Source: a virus
Lineage: Duplodnaviria; Caudoviricetes
Virus record (IMG/VR): IMGVR_UViG_3300016371_000007
Location: 11,873 to 75,872 of that record
Direction: 5' to 3' (one strand)
Length of the DNA: 64,000 nucleotides
The notes below the pieces were generated by a model, which was not told the DNA's origin, searched no databases, and was given only the letters and a program-made list of their open reading frames with translations. Below are positions 18,501-26,650 of this stretch, piece after piece (positions within the stretch are counted from its first letter, which is position 1; each line of letters begins with the position of its first letter). The translations under genes were made by a program, and so were the position numbers.

Positions 18501-21322
18501 AGAATGTGTTTAACAACGGCGGCCCACAGGGTGCCGGAGCCCATGCCGTTGTCCACGCTATCGCTAATGGAGGACGGACCCTAGATGCCTACGATCCGTA
18601 CTTGCCCGAGTACTACCGGCAATTCGGATTTAACGAGACGGGTCGCATGAAATTCAATCCAACCTATGCAAAACCTGAGTGGGATTTCAAAAAGGATGAT
18701 GAACCTGATGTTGTATTTATGGGCTGGAAAGGTTATCCTAATGGAGATCGTGATGCCGCTATAGCCCGAGCGACCCGGCAAGCCGAGAAGCTTCCCAATG
18801 AGCCATCAGCCCAATACTACCCAGAGACAGACTGGGACCGAGCCAAGGACGAGAGCCGAGCTTACGCCCGAGGAGCTGAAGCTTATCGAATGGGTCGAGA
18901 AGGGCCGGAAGAAGAAGCTTACCGATCAGGAAATCCACCTAGCTTTGGAGCAGGCCCGACATCTAGGCGAGATCTAGCAGAGTCACCGGCACCGGCTTTC
19001 ATGCCGATGGCCGGACGAGCGGCCAAAGGATTTAGAGGTGCGCTAAAGGCAGGCAAACTCTTTGAGACACCGATCCAGGCACGCCCAGGAACTTGGAGCG
19101 AAGCAGATCCAGACCTTGAATTTATTAGGCAAACACTTGGCTTCCCTCCTCCAGAGGGTCGCCCTGGGCCTTGGAGCCAGCAACGATTCGAGATCTCCGA
19201 CCGGGACATGAAGCTGAAGCCTTCCCCGGCAAAATCTCCTTTCCCCAGCTTGTTAGAGCACCAGTCCCACCTGGGCGCTAAGGATCAACGGCTGGGAGAT
19301 GTGCTCGACCATCCAGAACTTTTCAAGAATTACCCGCAGCTAGCCAACACCAAGATTGAACTAGCTCCCAATATAAAGGGCGAGGGCTATTACTCACATC
19401 CCTGGACTGACCCGGATACCGGAGAACATAAGGGCGATAGGCTAGTTCTGAAAGATGCTAGCGACCGCAATACGCTAGCCCATGAAATACAACATGCGGT
19501 CCAGAATATAGAGGGCCATCCTCCTGGGGCTAGCTTTGAGGCGATACACCAAAGCCTTCTCGGATCGCTGCCGATAATAAATGAGGTAGGCAAGGAGGCC
19601 ATGGCTGAGTACCCGGACATGAGCCGGGAAGCCTTTATCCGCAATACGGGAGGCGGTAGCATTGGGCTTTCAAAGAAGGATCTGGATCAGCAATACACTG
19701 ATTACCAGGATACCATGAGCATCCACCGCAGGGATTGGATACTCCGGCGTATGCGGGACATAGCCTTCGCGCTCTACCAGCGAACCCCCGGCGAGATGGA
19801 AGCCCGCGCTGCTGGGTATCGTGCTGCCACACCGGAATCAAAACGGTCTCCGGCAAGACAACTGGAATGGGAGAAGGAAGCTACCAATCTGCACTATCCT
19901 ATCCCGCCGGAACTGGAACGTAGCGGTACGGTCCCACCTTGGGCGCAAATCTCCTTCATGGCCGCCAGGAAAAAGAAAGGCGAGCCGGAGCCACCGCGTG
20001 AACTATCGGAAGCCACTAAGGCCAAGCTGGGGCCGGTGCCGACAGATCCGCATCAGGCTATGATCTATCAACGGGTCGGTGAACGCCTGGACACCCAGAT
20101 CCCAGGAGCTATCCCGCTGGAACCTGCCTACACAGCGGAAGGCAAGTTCCGCTGGGACGCCACAAAGAAAGCGCCGGTTTATAAGACCACCCGCTATGAC
20201 ATCGCCAATGCCCCTATGCTCCAGCAACAAGGCAAAGCCATGGGTACGGTCACGGATTCCAAGGGCAAGGTCGGTCCAGCTAAAGCACCGCCAGAAACCA
20301 GGGATGAACTGGAAAGCCTGGACCCGGAAAAGCGCCTGACACCTTTCTTGAACCCGACCGACCGGAAGCGCGTAGTTCACCTCAATAAGATTAGCGCCGT
20401 CAACGCCTACGCCGACAAGCTCTACGACTTCTACAAGTCAATCGAACATCTGCCTGAGGTCATGGGTGGCAAAGAATGGTACGACGAAGCCAAGGGCCTA
20501 CTGGATAAGAACTTCGGTTCCCATGCTAGTCTCATGGCCAATCTCCTGGGGGCAACCAGCGCCGGGAACAAGGTCAAGATCAACTACAACATGGCCATCA
20601 ATGCCTATCACAACTTCCTCATGGGCAGGTATGACCGGGCCATTGATCTTTACCGGCAGGCCTACGGCATCAAGCAGAGCGGCAAAGGGAACCTCATCAA
20701 GCACATCATCGAGAACAAGATCCATGAGAAGCTGAAAGACAAAGAGGGCAATCCAGAGGAAGCACCGGACAGCGACGAGGCCGCCATGGATCAGTGGATC
20801 AGGCATCACGATATAACCCCGCGCAATGAGTACGGGAAACTCTTCGGCCACAACTCAATCGCTGTCCTGAAAGTCCTGGCTCATACCTGGGAGAAAGAAG
20901 CCGGTGGTCCCAAGACCCCGAACTTCGCCGCTAATCTCGATGGCCGCTCGATTCAAGCCACGATAGACATGTGGGCCGCCCGGACCATGCGACGGCTGGG
21001 CTACGAAGGTTACACCGACAAACCCTGGCTCATCCAGCCTGCTGGTGAGACCGGAGTCAGCGATGTGGACTTCGGCCTCTCACAGCTCGCCTTCCGCAAG
21101 GCCGCCGAACGGATCGGGATCAAGCCCTCCTCGCTCCAGGCCATCCTCTGGTTTGCCGAACAGAAGCATTGGCAGGCCAACAAATGGGAGCGTGCACAGG
21201 ACGCTGAAGACCGTGATTACCGGCCTATGCTCAAGGCCTACAAACACCCAGAAGGAGTGCCGCACCGCTCCACCAAGAAATGGCTGGGAGAGAAAGAAGA
21301 AGCACCGGCAGCACCGGGCTAA
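12527..21322 (+). CDS. Giant (2931 aa) polyvalent internal virion protein
   Basis: Segments recognised: HEFGH (15245), DUF2934-like (15841-15960), RlpA/DPBB-like (about 16370-16750), GNAT-like (about 18340-18735), LPD23-type HEIQH...GEMEAR (about 19170-19830), HhH-GPD-like (about 20400-21180). Confidence 0.85.
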   Translation: MDRPFQTGGPVAKDPPPAPTPDLDQHWMDMARVAGWPENEIQIATQRGLLKSPDFQQEVLRHYNWKQLHEMTPSPGMMEHAPAPPPAPVPTATPTPSDDESSGIVMMSDTGTGKTMISNEDDINRGAIEQTKGYGNPSLKESIHSGKGGWLPEAIRHPERYGYAEGGPVNAPATASGEYAGSDTPQPASTPTTPSPQTIQAAQQTPAQPVAQPTPTQPIASADVGEIVPQNQQNAPVAAPDVGSNEEETVNDIVKEYGTKAHINEGYSHGQLTKPIAVAAMAKIDANYQAADDATKKAMAQAEHDAETGQNSKAPVAGSDIGEKVIPDTVPVISQESGGQRFGQTMAQEFLGQQTPIGDAARAYLQEQHTPDEIQAAMGKFQEAQNLLLRQYRISDPKTQIDLQRQIRSLLTDLVPDYMALRSGQAGWEAEYGGQKILKNIGAVGTDMFGSGKVKPFDPNGDQVSAFERTPEQDANRLDAGKKAYDDYIASTTIVPKNVAEERQLAVLQKHGMAPSPEAIAGAPEWATDAGLALVGSGLVPVLGINELALEGVPELEAAGMTARGTTLQAAVKGAVSRTGGAFSRAGEWAQPVGAKLAGKSFGKLLARTAVGGTLGTGWYIFDPFTTNKLALLDPSNPKHWQALMEYARDAGIPSLIGGVGGLTLNRVGWASRILGDTMRAADEQAFVPSIQGQSIRTGASFMPREGIMGDIFGPERTGPVNIPFMEAAPRGIIRTPAIQLGGRTLRSAIEAATSGVPYSALTSKDTDQFLQNVENFGYLGAIVHAPVNFWNAIKGTFFNPAFVGRGQDPNRPPPWGLSSYGDRYDNVSRMEFDRMDKSRQNAFLYQQGFGDANGIKTHLLPPEVVTEVARNLGQETTPRGFTIHNPISGETHTFISSEHYDPASGHEFGHNILDTMHPTDQARMMFLASRIPDSEMNDFVTRYANEADPSVGPITFSQLPTESEIKPGSPDYDKEKADFAARTGNLTQEQAKRELAADTIGQWFGGQTAEKWLSKNPALMREASMLIGSGLEGMGIRSTTADINGPVGAPKYMLFGKTINKYVKGWVRGLYSGANPILKLPGGLEKEFQAQEAEAREGRQPLPEPTEEQIAKRAYGISQKRPAGGAQTAEEAREDWLQAQKELRAQIAAAPRVRVRQPPGPPAAPSGPQPGPGVLKGLIGAFHHAHDSKEAHDTQWELKKKGLSPGEAQAISEGRTPTPGPANPSLMPGGNAGVKATPEAVVKPAIPTQHPARERRQNEAKVAKGNEPQDYTSKVTNHKLIGVTGSEFGEVDNPKRGGYTEPGWNIGAWGDRLDGENNHGFALPPSILRHLGWTGQHNYGQLFNSQYTIRVHNPRTGATTEGPLKDIGPGAKTGALIDMLWGSRHDLGYGTNFKGGVNFEIVDKKGNVVYAPTGHEVEEGGGGGGGGGGGRTGVVQAGGGAGGVGSAPIAPGAPGTPEFEAQQRPTVIPGTQMPEPEQPAARPAAYTEGPSWTPAPEQSGMMPMGGYMGPGAQMTPYGFMPPPAAPSGQVSMMPARGPKQLGGKYGETEEEPSTANNGPVANAAVAPHLAKGTLKGLEDAQIAHAAELSDDDLRVQKQPDGFFKGEYFQRGDALHSAVLKNVPDKEKEVMAKAEEAIANRQPLNTTYASAPRKGLEAEAPTTRSRQIEYEMSSPQARLLKQTTAQLAGHTMIPTAVGVKLAAKKGAPHEGYVQGISTNAVANNHWHINQALTEAGHASPYPTLDKKFMNDLEGYISNLNAGYRGTGTSLQPSTKAYQVKVDPRHVAYRIKPEEAEYMNMLINNQAARAKKAGPLRELARAGGTLYTEEGETNPLRLALDMREAKLRHEAAAANPENPELKKRLEKRWSEDTLEPTIRTFKAGLVHETHGSQEAMPEAIRPGEEFKDLTTAMQRHLPRGRPDVPVSVNFMPGRGHAPEFKSVSPEEFITQRNKSKRPQYLSELSPHEIREHQLYTSHDGTSGVAIDPHGDIQNVFNNGGPQGAGAHAVVHAIANGGRTLDAYDPYLPEYYRQFGFNETGRMKFNPTYAKPEWDFKKDDEPDVVFMGWKGYPNGDRDAAIARATRQAEKLPNEPSAQYYPETDWDRAKDESRAYARGAEAYRMGREGPEEEAYRSGNPPSFGAGPTSRRDLAESPAPAFMPMAGRAAKGFRGALKAGKLFETPIQARPGTWSEADPDLEFIRQTLGFPPPEGRPGPWSQQRFEISDRDMKLKPSPAKSPFPSLLEHQSHLGAKDQRLGDVLDHPELFKNYPQLANTKIELAPNIKGEGYYSHPWTDPDTGEHKGDRLVLKDASDRNTLAHEIQHAVQNIEGHPPGASFEAIHQSLLGSLPIINEVGKEAMAEYPDMSREAFIRNTGGGSIGLSKKDLDQQYTDYQDTMSIHRRDWILRRMRDIAFALYQRTPGEMEARAAGYRAATPESKRSPARQLEWEKEATNLHYPIPPELERSGTVPPWAQISFMAARKKKGEPEPPRELSEATKAKLGPVPTDPHQAMIYQRVGERLDTQIPGAIPLEPAYTAEGKFRWDATKKAPVYKTTRYDIANAPMLQQQGKAMGTVTDSKGKVGPAKAPPETRDELESLDPEKRLTPFLNPTDRKRVVHLNKISAVNAYADKLYDFYKSIEHLPEVMGGKEWYDEAKGLLDKNFGSHASLMANLLGATSAGNKVKINYNMAINAYHNFLMGRYDRAIDLYRQAYGIKQSGKGNLIKHIIENKIHEKLKDKEGNPEEAPDSDEAAMDQWIRHHDITPRNEYGKLFGHNSIAVLKVLAHTWEKEAGGPKTPNFAANLDGRSIQATIDMWAARTMRRLGYEGYTDKPWLIQPAGETGVSDVDFGLSQLAFRKAAERIGIKPSSLQAILWFAEQKHWQANKWERAQDAEDRDYRPMLKAYKHPEGVPHRSTKKWLGEKEEAPAAPG

Positions 21323-21347
21323 ACGTTGCGCATCTTCCGTTACGGAA
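21321..21347 (+). promoter_or_regulatory. Repeated operator-like site A (AAACGTTGCGCAT-C-TTCCGTTACGGAA)
   Basis: Same 27-mer as at 59796-59822 except for the spacer base. Confidence 0.65.
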
Positions 21348-21348
21348 C

Positions 21349-21392
21349 AAAAAAGTGCCGCCGGAGGCTCAACTAAGAAGACCCCCGGCGGC
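21349..21392 (-). terminator. Probable intrinsic terminator between convergent genes
   Basis: GCCGCCGG (21357-21364) pairs with CCGGCGGC (21385-21392); followed by a T6 tract on the minus strand. Confidence 0.55.
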
Positions 21393-21418
21393 TTCGTATG
21401 CAAGCCAAGCCACTGGCT

Positions 21419-21757
21419 TTACGAAATTCTTCGAGCTGGCATGAAGCGCACGCTCATCGGATCGATCTGTGGCACCGGCCCACTCATCCGCATATGCTTC
21501 TCGGCCACGAATTGACCGTTGGCCACATTCATCGTCTCAACCACCTCAAGCTTTACCTGGGGATTGCGCATGGCATAGCCGACCCAATCGTTCACTTGGT
21601 TAATCTGCCGTGGAGCTGGCGGCTGATAAGGTTGTGGCGGCACATAGACATTCACATTGGTTCGTTTCTCGTTATTCGGGTTAATCGCACCCCAGATACC
21701 ACCAATGATGACGAACAGGATAAACAGCCCGAAGATCACAATGCTCAAAAAGTGCAT
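21419..21757 (-). CDS. Small membrane protein
   Basis: N-terminal hydrophobic helix (HFLSIVIFGLFILFVIIGGIWG); coupled to the upstream ORF. Confidence 0.6.
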   Translation of the reverse strand: MHFLSIVIFGLFILFVIIGGIWGAINPNNEKRTNVNVYVPPQPYQPPAPRQINQVNDWVGYAMRNPQVKLEVVETMNVANGQFVAEKHMRMSGPVPQIDPMSVRFMPARRIS

Positions 21758-22239
21758 TATTTCTCCTCCTCTTCCGGGGCTGCTTGTGCCGGGTAGGGTT
21801 GAGTGACACCTTGTGGGCCTGAAGGCGCTGGCGGTGGCGTAGGCGAAGTCTGCTGGCCTTGAGCCTGGGTCGCCATCTGCTGCTGCTGGGCCGCCGTCTG
21901 CTGTGCTAAAGTCGCCTGCTGTTTCTGGAGTGCCGCTTCAGCTTCAGTCGGGCCTAACCCAGGACCTGCCCCGCCAGTCTGGGCCTGCTTCATCTTGCCG
22001 TACAACCGTTCGTGAGAGAACTCTTTCTCGTAGTCGGTGGCATCGTGTTCAGCCTGATGCCGCTTGTCATGTAGCGCCTGAACCCGCTGATCGAACTCGT
22101 CCATATGCGGCCCCATCATCTGGCCCAGCTGCACGAGCATCGCCTTCTGCCGGTCAGTCAGGTTCGCACCGGCAACATCATCTGAGCCAGGAGGAGGTCC
22201 AGCATCAGGAGCGGCCTGTGGCTCTTGGTTATCTTGCAT
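21757..22239 (-). CDS. Hypothetical Gln/Pro-rich coiled-coil protein
   Basis: 160-aa ORF in a coupled minus-strand block. Confidence 0.6.
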   Translation of the reverse strand: MQDNQEPQAAPDAGPPPGSDDVAGANLTDRQKAMLVQLGQMMGPHMDEFDQRVQALHDKRHQAEHDATDYEKEFSHERLYGKMKQAQTGGAGPGLGPTEAEAALQKQQATLAQQTAAQQQQMATQAQGQQTSPTPPPAPSGPQGVTQPYPAQAAPEEEEK

Positions 22240-22283
22240 ATGTTAATATCGTATGAAATCCGATAAAGTCAAATTCACCTCCT

Positions 22284-22457
22284 TCAGTGCATCTTCTTCA
22301 AGGTTTTCGCAAGCCTCGCCCGCTGGCCGAGTTTGCCGCCAGCTTTGGCCGCTTTGTCCAACTTCTTAGCGGGGATCTTTTTTCCTGCTGGCACCCCCAT
22401 CTCTTTGTGCAATGCGCCAGGGTGCTTAATCGCACCCGCAATCCACTTTTTAGCCAT
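22284..22457 (-). CDS. Small basic phage protein (57 aa, MAKKWIAGAIKHPGALHKEMGVPAGKKIPAKKLDKAAKAGGKLGQRARLAKTLKKMH)
   Basis: Not in the ORF track; translated by hand. TAATG overlap with the upstream gene. Resembles a small Lys-rich phage family (KWI..AIK.PGAL...LG...GK.IP...RARLA.TL). Confidence 0.8.
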   Translation of the reverse strand: MAKKWIAGAIKHPGALHKEMGVPAGKKIPAKKLDKAAKAGGKLGQRARLAKTLKKMH

Positions 22458-22702
22458 TAGGGTATCATTCCTTGTGCGCCGGTACCGCCCATGCCACCCA
22501 GGCCGCCCCCGAAGGTGGGCACCTTACCCCGGCTCTTTGATTTGGATTTGCTCTTCGATTTGGCCGCTTTACGAGCCGGAGGTTTCGGTGCGGCTCTGCG
22601 GGCCGCCGGTGCCGGTGGTGGAGGAGCCATTATGGGGATCCCGCCGCCGCCCTGCCGTTTGACAGCCCCACCTTTTTTGTACGCTGCTTTCTTCGTTGCC
22701 AT
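22457..22702 (-). CDS. Small basic, histone-like Lys/Pro-rich protein
   Basis: MATKKAAYKKGGAV...KAAKSKSKSKSKSRGK; coupled on both sides. Confidence 0.7.
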   Translation of the reverse strand: MATKKAAYKKGGAVKRQGGGGIPIMAPPPPAPAARRAAPKPPARKAAKSKSKSKSKSRGKVPTFGGGLGGMGGTGAQGMIP

Positions 22703-22915
22703 CTATTTCTTACCTTTGGTTCTAAAGCCTCCTTTGGGTTTGGAGGCTATTTTATGCAGGTCTTTTGGACCTATGTCTTTGGCGATCTTGGTCGCCTGGG
22801 ATGAGTACTTGGGCGAAGTGGTTCCTTCCTGGACACCCCGCGCAATCCCGAAAAGTTTCTGCTGTGACTTGGTTGTTTTGTGTCCCTTGATTGTCCCGAT
22901 GGGTTTGTTGGGCAT
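22703..22915 (-). CDS. Small basic protein, DUF3008-like
   Basis: Likely start MPNKP at 22915; KSQQKLFGIARGV....S..A.KIA......DLHKIAS pattern. Confidence 0.6.
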   Translation of the reverse strand: MPNKPIGTIKGHKTTKSQQKLFGIARGVQEGTTSPKYSSQATKIAKDIGPKDLHKIASKPKGGFRTKGKK

Positions 22916-22919
22916 AGCG

Positions 22920-23243
22920 TTACATGCTGAAGATGTAAGCGGGCTTCGGAGTGTGACTGAAATCAACCCGGCCTTGCACATCATCGAGGAAGATAGCGTC
23001 CTGGCCTACGCCCAGACTTCCGATCCAAGCCGGACTTAAAAGTATATTCGGCGCTTCAGCCCGATTGGTAAAATTGCCTAGTGGGCTTCCAAGCAATGTG
23101 TAGTAATCAAATTGGTTCTTGAGAGCGACCACGGTATCAAGAGCGTTAGGAGCCGCCCCACCCGTGCCGACCGGAGTCAGATAACCTGCAACGAGCTTCT
23201 GCGTCCGGCCTAGAGTCTGCAAAAGATTCTCTAGGTTTGCCAT
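22920..23243 (-). CDS. Hypothetical protein (107 aa)
   Basis: First gene of the minus-strand block; ATG after an AT-rich divergent gap. Confidence 0.65.
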   Translation of the reverse strand: MANLENLLQTLGRTQKLVAGYLTPVGTGGAAPNALDTVVALKNQFDYYTLLGSPLGNFTNRAEAPNILLSPAWIGSLGVGQDAIFLDDVQGRVDFSHTPKPAYIFSM

Positions 23244-23339
23244 TTTCTATATTGGAACGCTCAAGCTATTCATTAACTCCTTTGCGTTTTTTGGCAAGCC
23301 CGCTATGATCACCTCCGAGCGTTTCTCTTCCAAAAAGGT

Positions 23340-24914
23340 TTGAGCAACTTCTTAGGCGGCTTCGAGAACAGCTCACTTTTGCCACCCATCGACGGAGTCA
23401 ACGTCTTCATTGGCGACATGGCCTACACCGTTGACGACGGTGGATTCTGGAATGCAGTTCAGCCGACATCCCCTTCCGGTGCGAGCCCAACCTGGGCCTG
23501 GATAGATCGATTGCGCGGCGGCCCCGGCCCACAAGGCCCTCCAGGAGTCGGTCTACCAGGACCAGCTGGTCAGATCGGCGTTGCTGGCAGAATGGGTCCT
23601 CCCGGACCACAAGGTACTGCTGGCAAGAATGACTTCTCTTTCCTGAACAAGATGTTCGTGGTGCCAGCGTACAACGCGGCTCCGGTCACAGCTACAGTCA
23701 CTGACTCTTCCTGGATGGCTGGCGGCACATTGGTCTACATACCCGGTGCTGGCACCTTTACTTGCGTAGGCGATCCGCCTAGTCCCAACACTGTTCTCTT
23801 AGTCAATTCCGGCGACCCCAATAACGCGGCAGCTGGGACCATGATCAGTTCCGGGACCCAGATCTCACCGGCACAATTGCGTGGCCCAATGGGTCCTCAA
23901 GGAACTCCAGGTCCTCCTGGTCCCCCCGGCCCACAAGGAGTCAGCGGAGCCAGCGTCTACACCACTTTAGCCCAGACATTCTCCGTCCCTGTCACTACTG
24001 GCACGGCCTTCGTTACCAGTGCGGATCCATTCGGCATCGGCATGATTATCTACATTGCCAATGCCGGTTATTTCGCCGTCACCGCTGTCAACCTGACCGC
24101 AAATTCTCTCGACGTAACCAACCAAAATTATCCCGGTGACCAACCTCCAGGAACTGTGGTGCCTGCCGGAACTACCGTCTCAGCCACTGGCCCGCAAGGG
24201 CCTCAGGGAGTTCAAGGGCCTGCCGGTCCTTCTGGCGGCCAAGGTCCAATCGGAGTCGCGCCCAGCGGCACCATTGCCATGTTTGGGTCTAAGGATGCGC
24301 CGGGAGGCTGGCTCCTCTGTAATGGTACCCTGTACGCCACCAATGCGTATCCGGCTCTTTTTGCTGTCATCGGATATAACTACAATGTCGCGGGCGATAA
24401 CCCGGCCAATTTCCGGGTACCGAACCTCGTAGGTCGCTTTGCGCTTGGCGCTTCTCCGACTTATCCCATCACACCCACAGCTGCTTCCGGCGGTGAGGTC
24501 AACCATGCTTTAACCTGGGCCGAGAACGGACCTCACTACCACAATATAAGTGTCGTCCTGGCTGACAACCAGCATGTGCATCTGAACCCGATTCACGGGC
24601 ATGGACTGAACTGGACTGACCCAGGACACGGCCACCAAAACTATTATTACCAGAGCATGAACGCCGGTGGGAATATTACGGTGTGGCAAGTAAGCGGTAC
24701 ACAAGAGGGTACTACCGGGACAATAAGTGACTGCATTATCGCCGCTAAAACCGGTATCCAAGCTTCTGTCCAAAATGCTGCGGCCTTCTGGACCGGGGTC
24801 AACAACACAATCGGCGTGTACGTCAAATCTGCCTCTTCCGATACTCAGGGCTCCGGCACTCCCCATAACAACATGCCGCCGTACGTAGTCGTCGAATACA
24901 TCATCAAAACATGA
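23340..24914 (+). CDS. Collagen-like tail fibre with phage tail-collar domain
   Basis: GXY repeats; PSGTIAMFG....PGGWLLCNG...YP.LF.VIG..Y...F.VPNL.GRF collar motif; His-rich tip; HNNMPPY.V..YIIKT end. Confidence 0.88.
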   Translation: MSNFLGGFENSSLLPPIDGVNVFIGDMAYTVDDGGFWNAVQPTSPSGASPTWAWIDRLRGGPGPQGPPGVGLPGPAGQIGVAGRMGPPGPQGTAGKNDFSFLNKMFVVPAYNAAPVTATVTDSSWMAGGTLVYIPGAGTFTCVGDPPSPNTVLLVNSGDPNNAAAGTMISSGTQISPAQLRGPMGPQGTPGPPGPPGPQGVSGASVYTTLAQTFSVPVTTGTAFVTSADPFGIGMIIYIANAGYFAVTAVNLTANSLDVTNQNYPGDQPPGTVVPAGTTVSATGPQGPQGVQGPAGPSGGQGPIGVAPSGTIAMFGSKDAPGGWLLCNGTLYATNAYPALFAVIGYNYNVAGDNPANFRVPNLVGRFALGASPTYPITPTAASGGEVNHALTWAENGPHYHNISVVLADNQHVHLNPIHGHGLNWTDPGHGHQNYYYQSMNAGGNITVWQVSGTQEGTTGTISDCIIAAKTGIQASVQNAAAFWTGVNNTIGVYVKSASSDTQGSGTPHNNMPPYVVVEYIIKT

Positions 24915-26647
24915 GCAGCGCCCCTCAATTTACCGTCACGCCCATGGAGCCAGGAGTCCGGCCCCAGACGCCGCCCAATTACGACGGCTATGTTTACGTT
25001 TACGTCTTTACCCAGATATTGACCCCGTGGACTCAGCCTCCGGTTAACGGACAGGTCACACTGGTGGTCGCCAATTCCCAAGGCTTTGTCGGCGGGATGA
25101 GTGTCGCCATCGACGATGGCGCAGGTAACCTTGCAGGCTATTACACTGTGGTCTCGACCACGGCTCTGGACCGAATGACCGTAAGTAGCCTGGGTGGTCA
25201 GCCGCCTGGGACCGGGTTCAGCCCCGGTAAAATCACGACCACTTCCTTGCCGGGACCGATAGGTCCTGTAGGACCCCAAGGCAGTCCGGGAGCATCTGGA
25301 GCCCAAGGTAATCCAGGACCTCCGTTGACTCCGAAAGGTAGCGTTGCCACTCAGTCGTCCTTGCCCTCTATCGGTGTCGTTGGTGACATGTGGGTGGCAC
25401 AGGATACAGGGCATGCCTGGGGCTGGAATGGGAACCAATGGGTGGATCTTGGCGCATACCAAGGCCCAGTCGGCCCGCAAGGACCCCAAGGACCCAATGG
25501 CCCGCAAGGGATCCAAGGCGTTCCAGGGCCTGTAGGACCTCAAGGAATTCAAGGGACACAAGGGTTCCTTGGTAATCCAGGTGAAAATGCTTTCTCGACT
25601 ACAACGGCAGTATTCACCGTCCCGCCAATTGGTGGAAACGTAGTCGTCACGGTGGCTGATCCCGATTTTATGACCATAGGCGAGTATGTCTATGTAGCAG
25701 GCTCGAACGGGTCAGGACAGGCCGGAGCCCTACAGATAACAGCTATCGCGGGAAATCAGGTCACCTTATTTAATCCGCCTAGTTCCGCAGGAGCTGGAAT
25801 AGGAGAGGCACCGACAGATGGGAATCTCTACGGACGACAGAATGCTTCCTGGTCTATTGTACCGACTCCAGGACCAGCAGCGCCTTTTGATCCACAGACC
25901 GGACTCTATATCTACGACCCGTTCATGTACGGGTTCTATACGGCAGCCACTGTGCCGCCGAACTTCGTAGTGGGATCTTACGGTTCAGGGAGTGTGACTT
26001 TTGGAGCGGGTGGTGGATGGGGATTTAGCGGAACCCAGAATGGCCAGGGAATGGCCGCAGTGTTTATAAGCACGGTTGTCAATACCAGCGCCTCTTTCGG
26101 CTATGGGTGTATCGGAGCTAGTTTCAATTCAATATTCTGGAACAAACAGGCACCATTAACACTCAAATTTCGAGCCGGAATGAACTTGGCTGCCGCACCG
26201 GCTACCGGGAACGGATTCTTGTGGAGAGTCGGCTTTTGGAACCAAGCGCAAGCTATGGGTACACAAGATCCGTTTGTCTCGACTCCTTATTGGGCGTGTT
26301 TCCTCGAGTATTCGCCTGATCAAAATGGAGGCGTTTTTCGGCTAGGCTACAGTTTTGGCGCTAACCCTGCATCGCCTGCAAACACGGCGGTGACCTATGT
26401 CAATTGCACTAGCGGAACACCGACTTGGAACAACCTTGACTGGTACGAGATTGATATCGCGGTCAACGGCACCATTACCTGCAAGCTCAATGGAACAACC
26501 ATTCTCTCGAGCGCCACGCTAAATCCTGCTGGCTCCTACGGTGCAATGCTCAATCCCTACGTTGGCCTGCATAAGACGGCGGCGGCTTCGCCCAGCGTCT
26601 ACGCTTACGTAGACGATCTCTATCTTTATTTACCATACAGCAGATAA
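24911..26647 (+). CDS. Collagen-like tail fibre with C-terminal beta-sandwich (lectin-like) domain
   Basis: GXY repeats; EAPTDGNLYGRQNASW fibre motif; aromatic beta-rich C-terminus. Confidence 0.8.
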   Translation: MSSAPQFTVTPMEPGVRPQTPPNYDGYVYVYVFTQILTPWTQPPVNGQVTLVVANSQGFVGGMSVAIDDGAGNLAGYYTVVSTTALDRMTVSSLGGQPPGTGFSPGKITTTSLPGPIGPVGPQGSPGASGAQGNPGPPLTPKGSVATQSSLPSIGVVGDMWVAQDTGHAWGWNGNQWVDLGAYQGPVGPQGPQGPNGPQGIQGVPGPVGPQGIQGTQGFLGNPGENAFSTTTAVFTVPPIGGNVVVTVADPDFMTIGEYVYVAGSNGSGQAGALQITAIAGNQVTLFNPPSSAGAGIGEAPTDGNLYGRQNASWSIVPTPGPAAPFDPQTGLYIYDPFMYGFYTAATVPPNFVVGSYGSGSVTFGAGGGWGFSGTQNGQGMAAVFISTVVNTSASFGYGCIGASFNSIFWNKQAPLTLKFRAGMNLAAAPATGNGFLWRVGFWNQAQAMGTQDPFVSTPYWACFLEYSPDQNGGVFRLGYSFGANPASPANTAVTYVNCTSGTPTWNNLDWYEIDIAVNGTITCKLNGTTILSSATLNPAGSYGAMLNPYVGLHKTAAASPSVYAYVDDLYLYLPYSR

Positions 26648-26650
26648 CCT

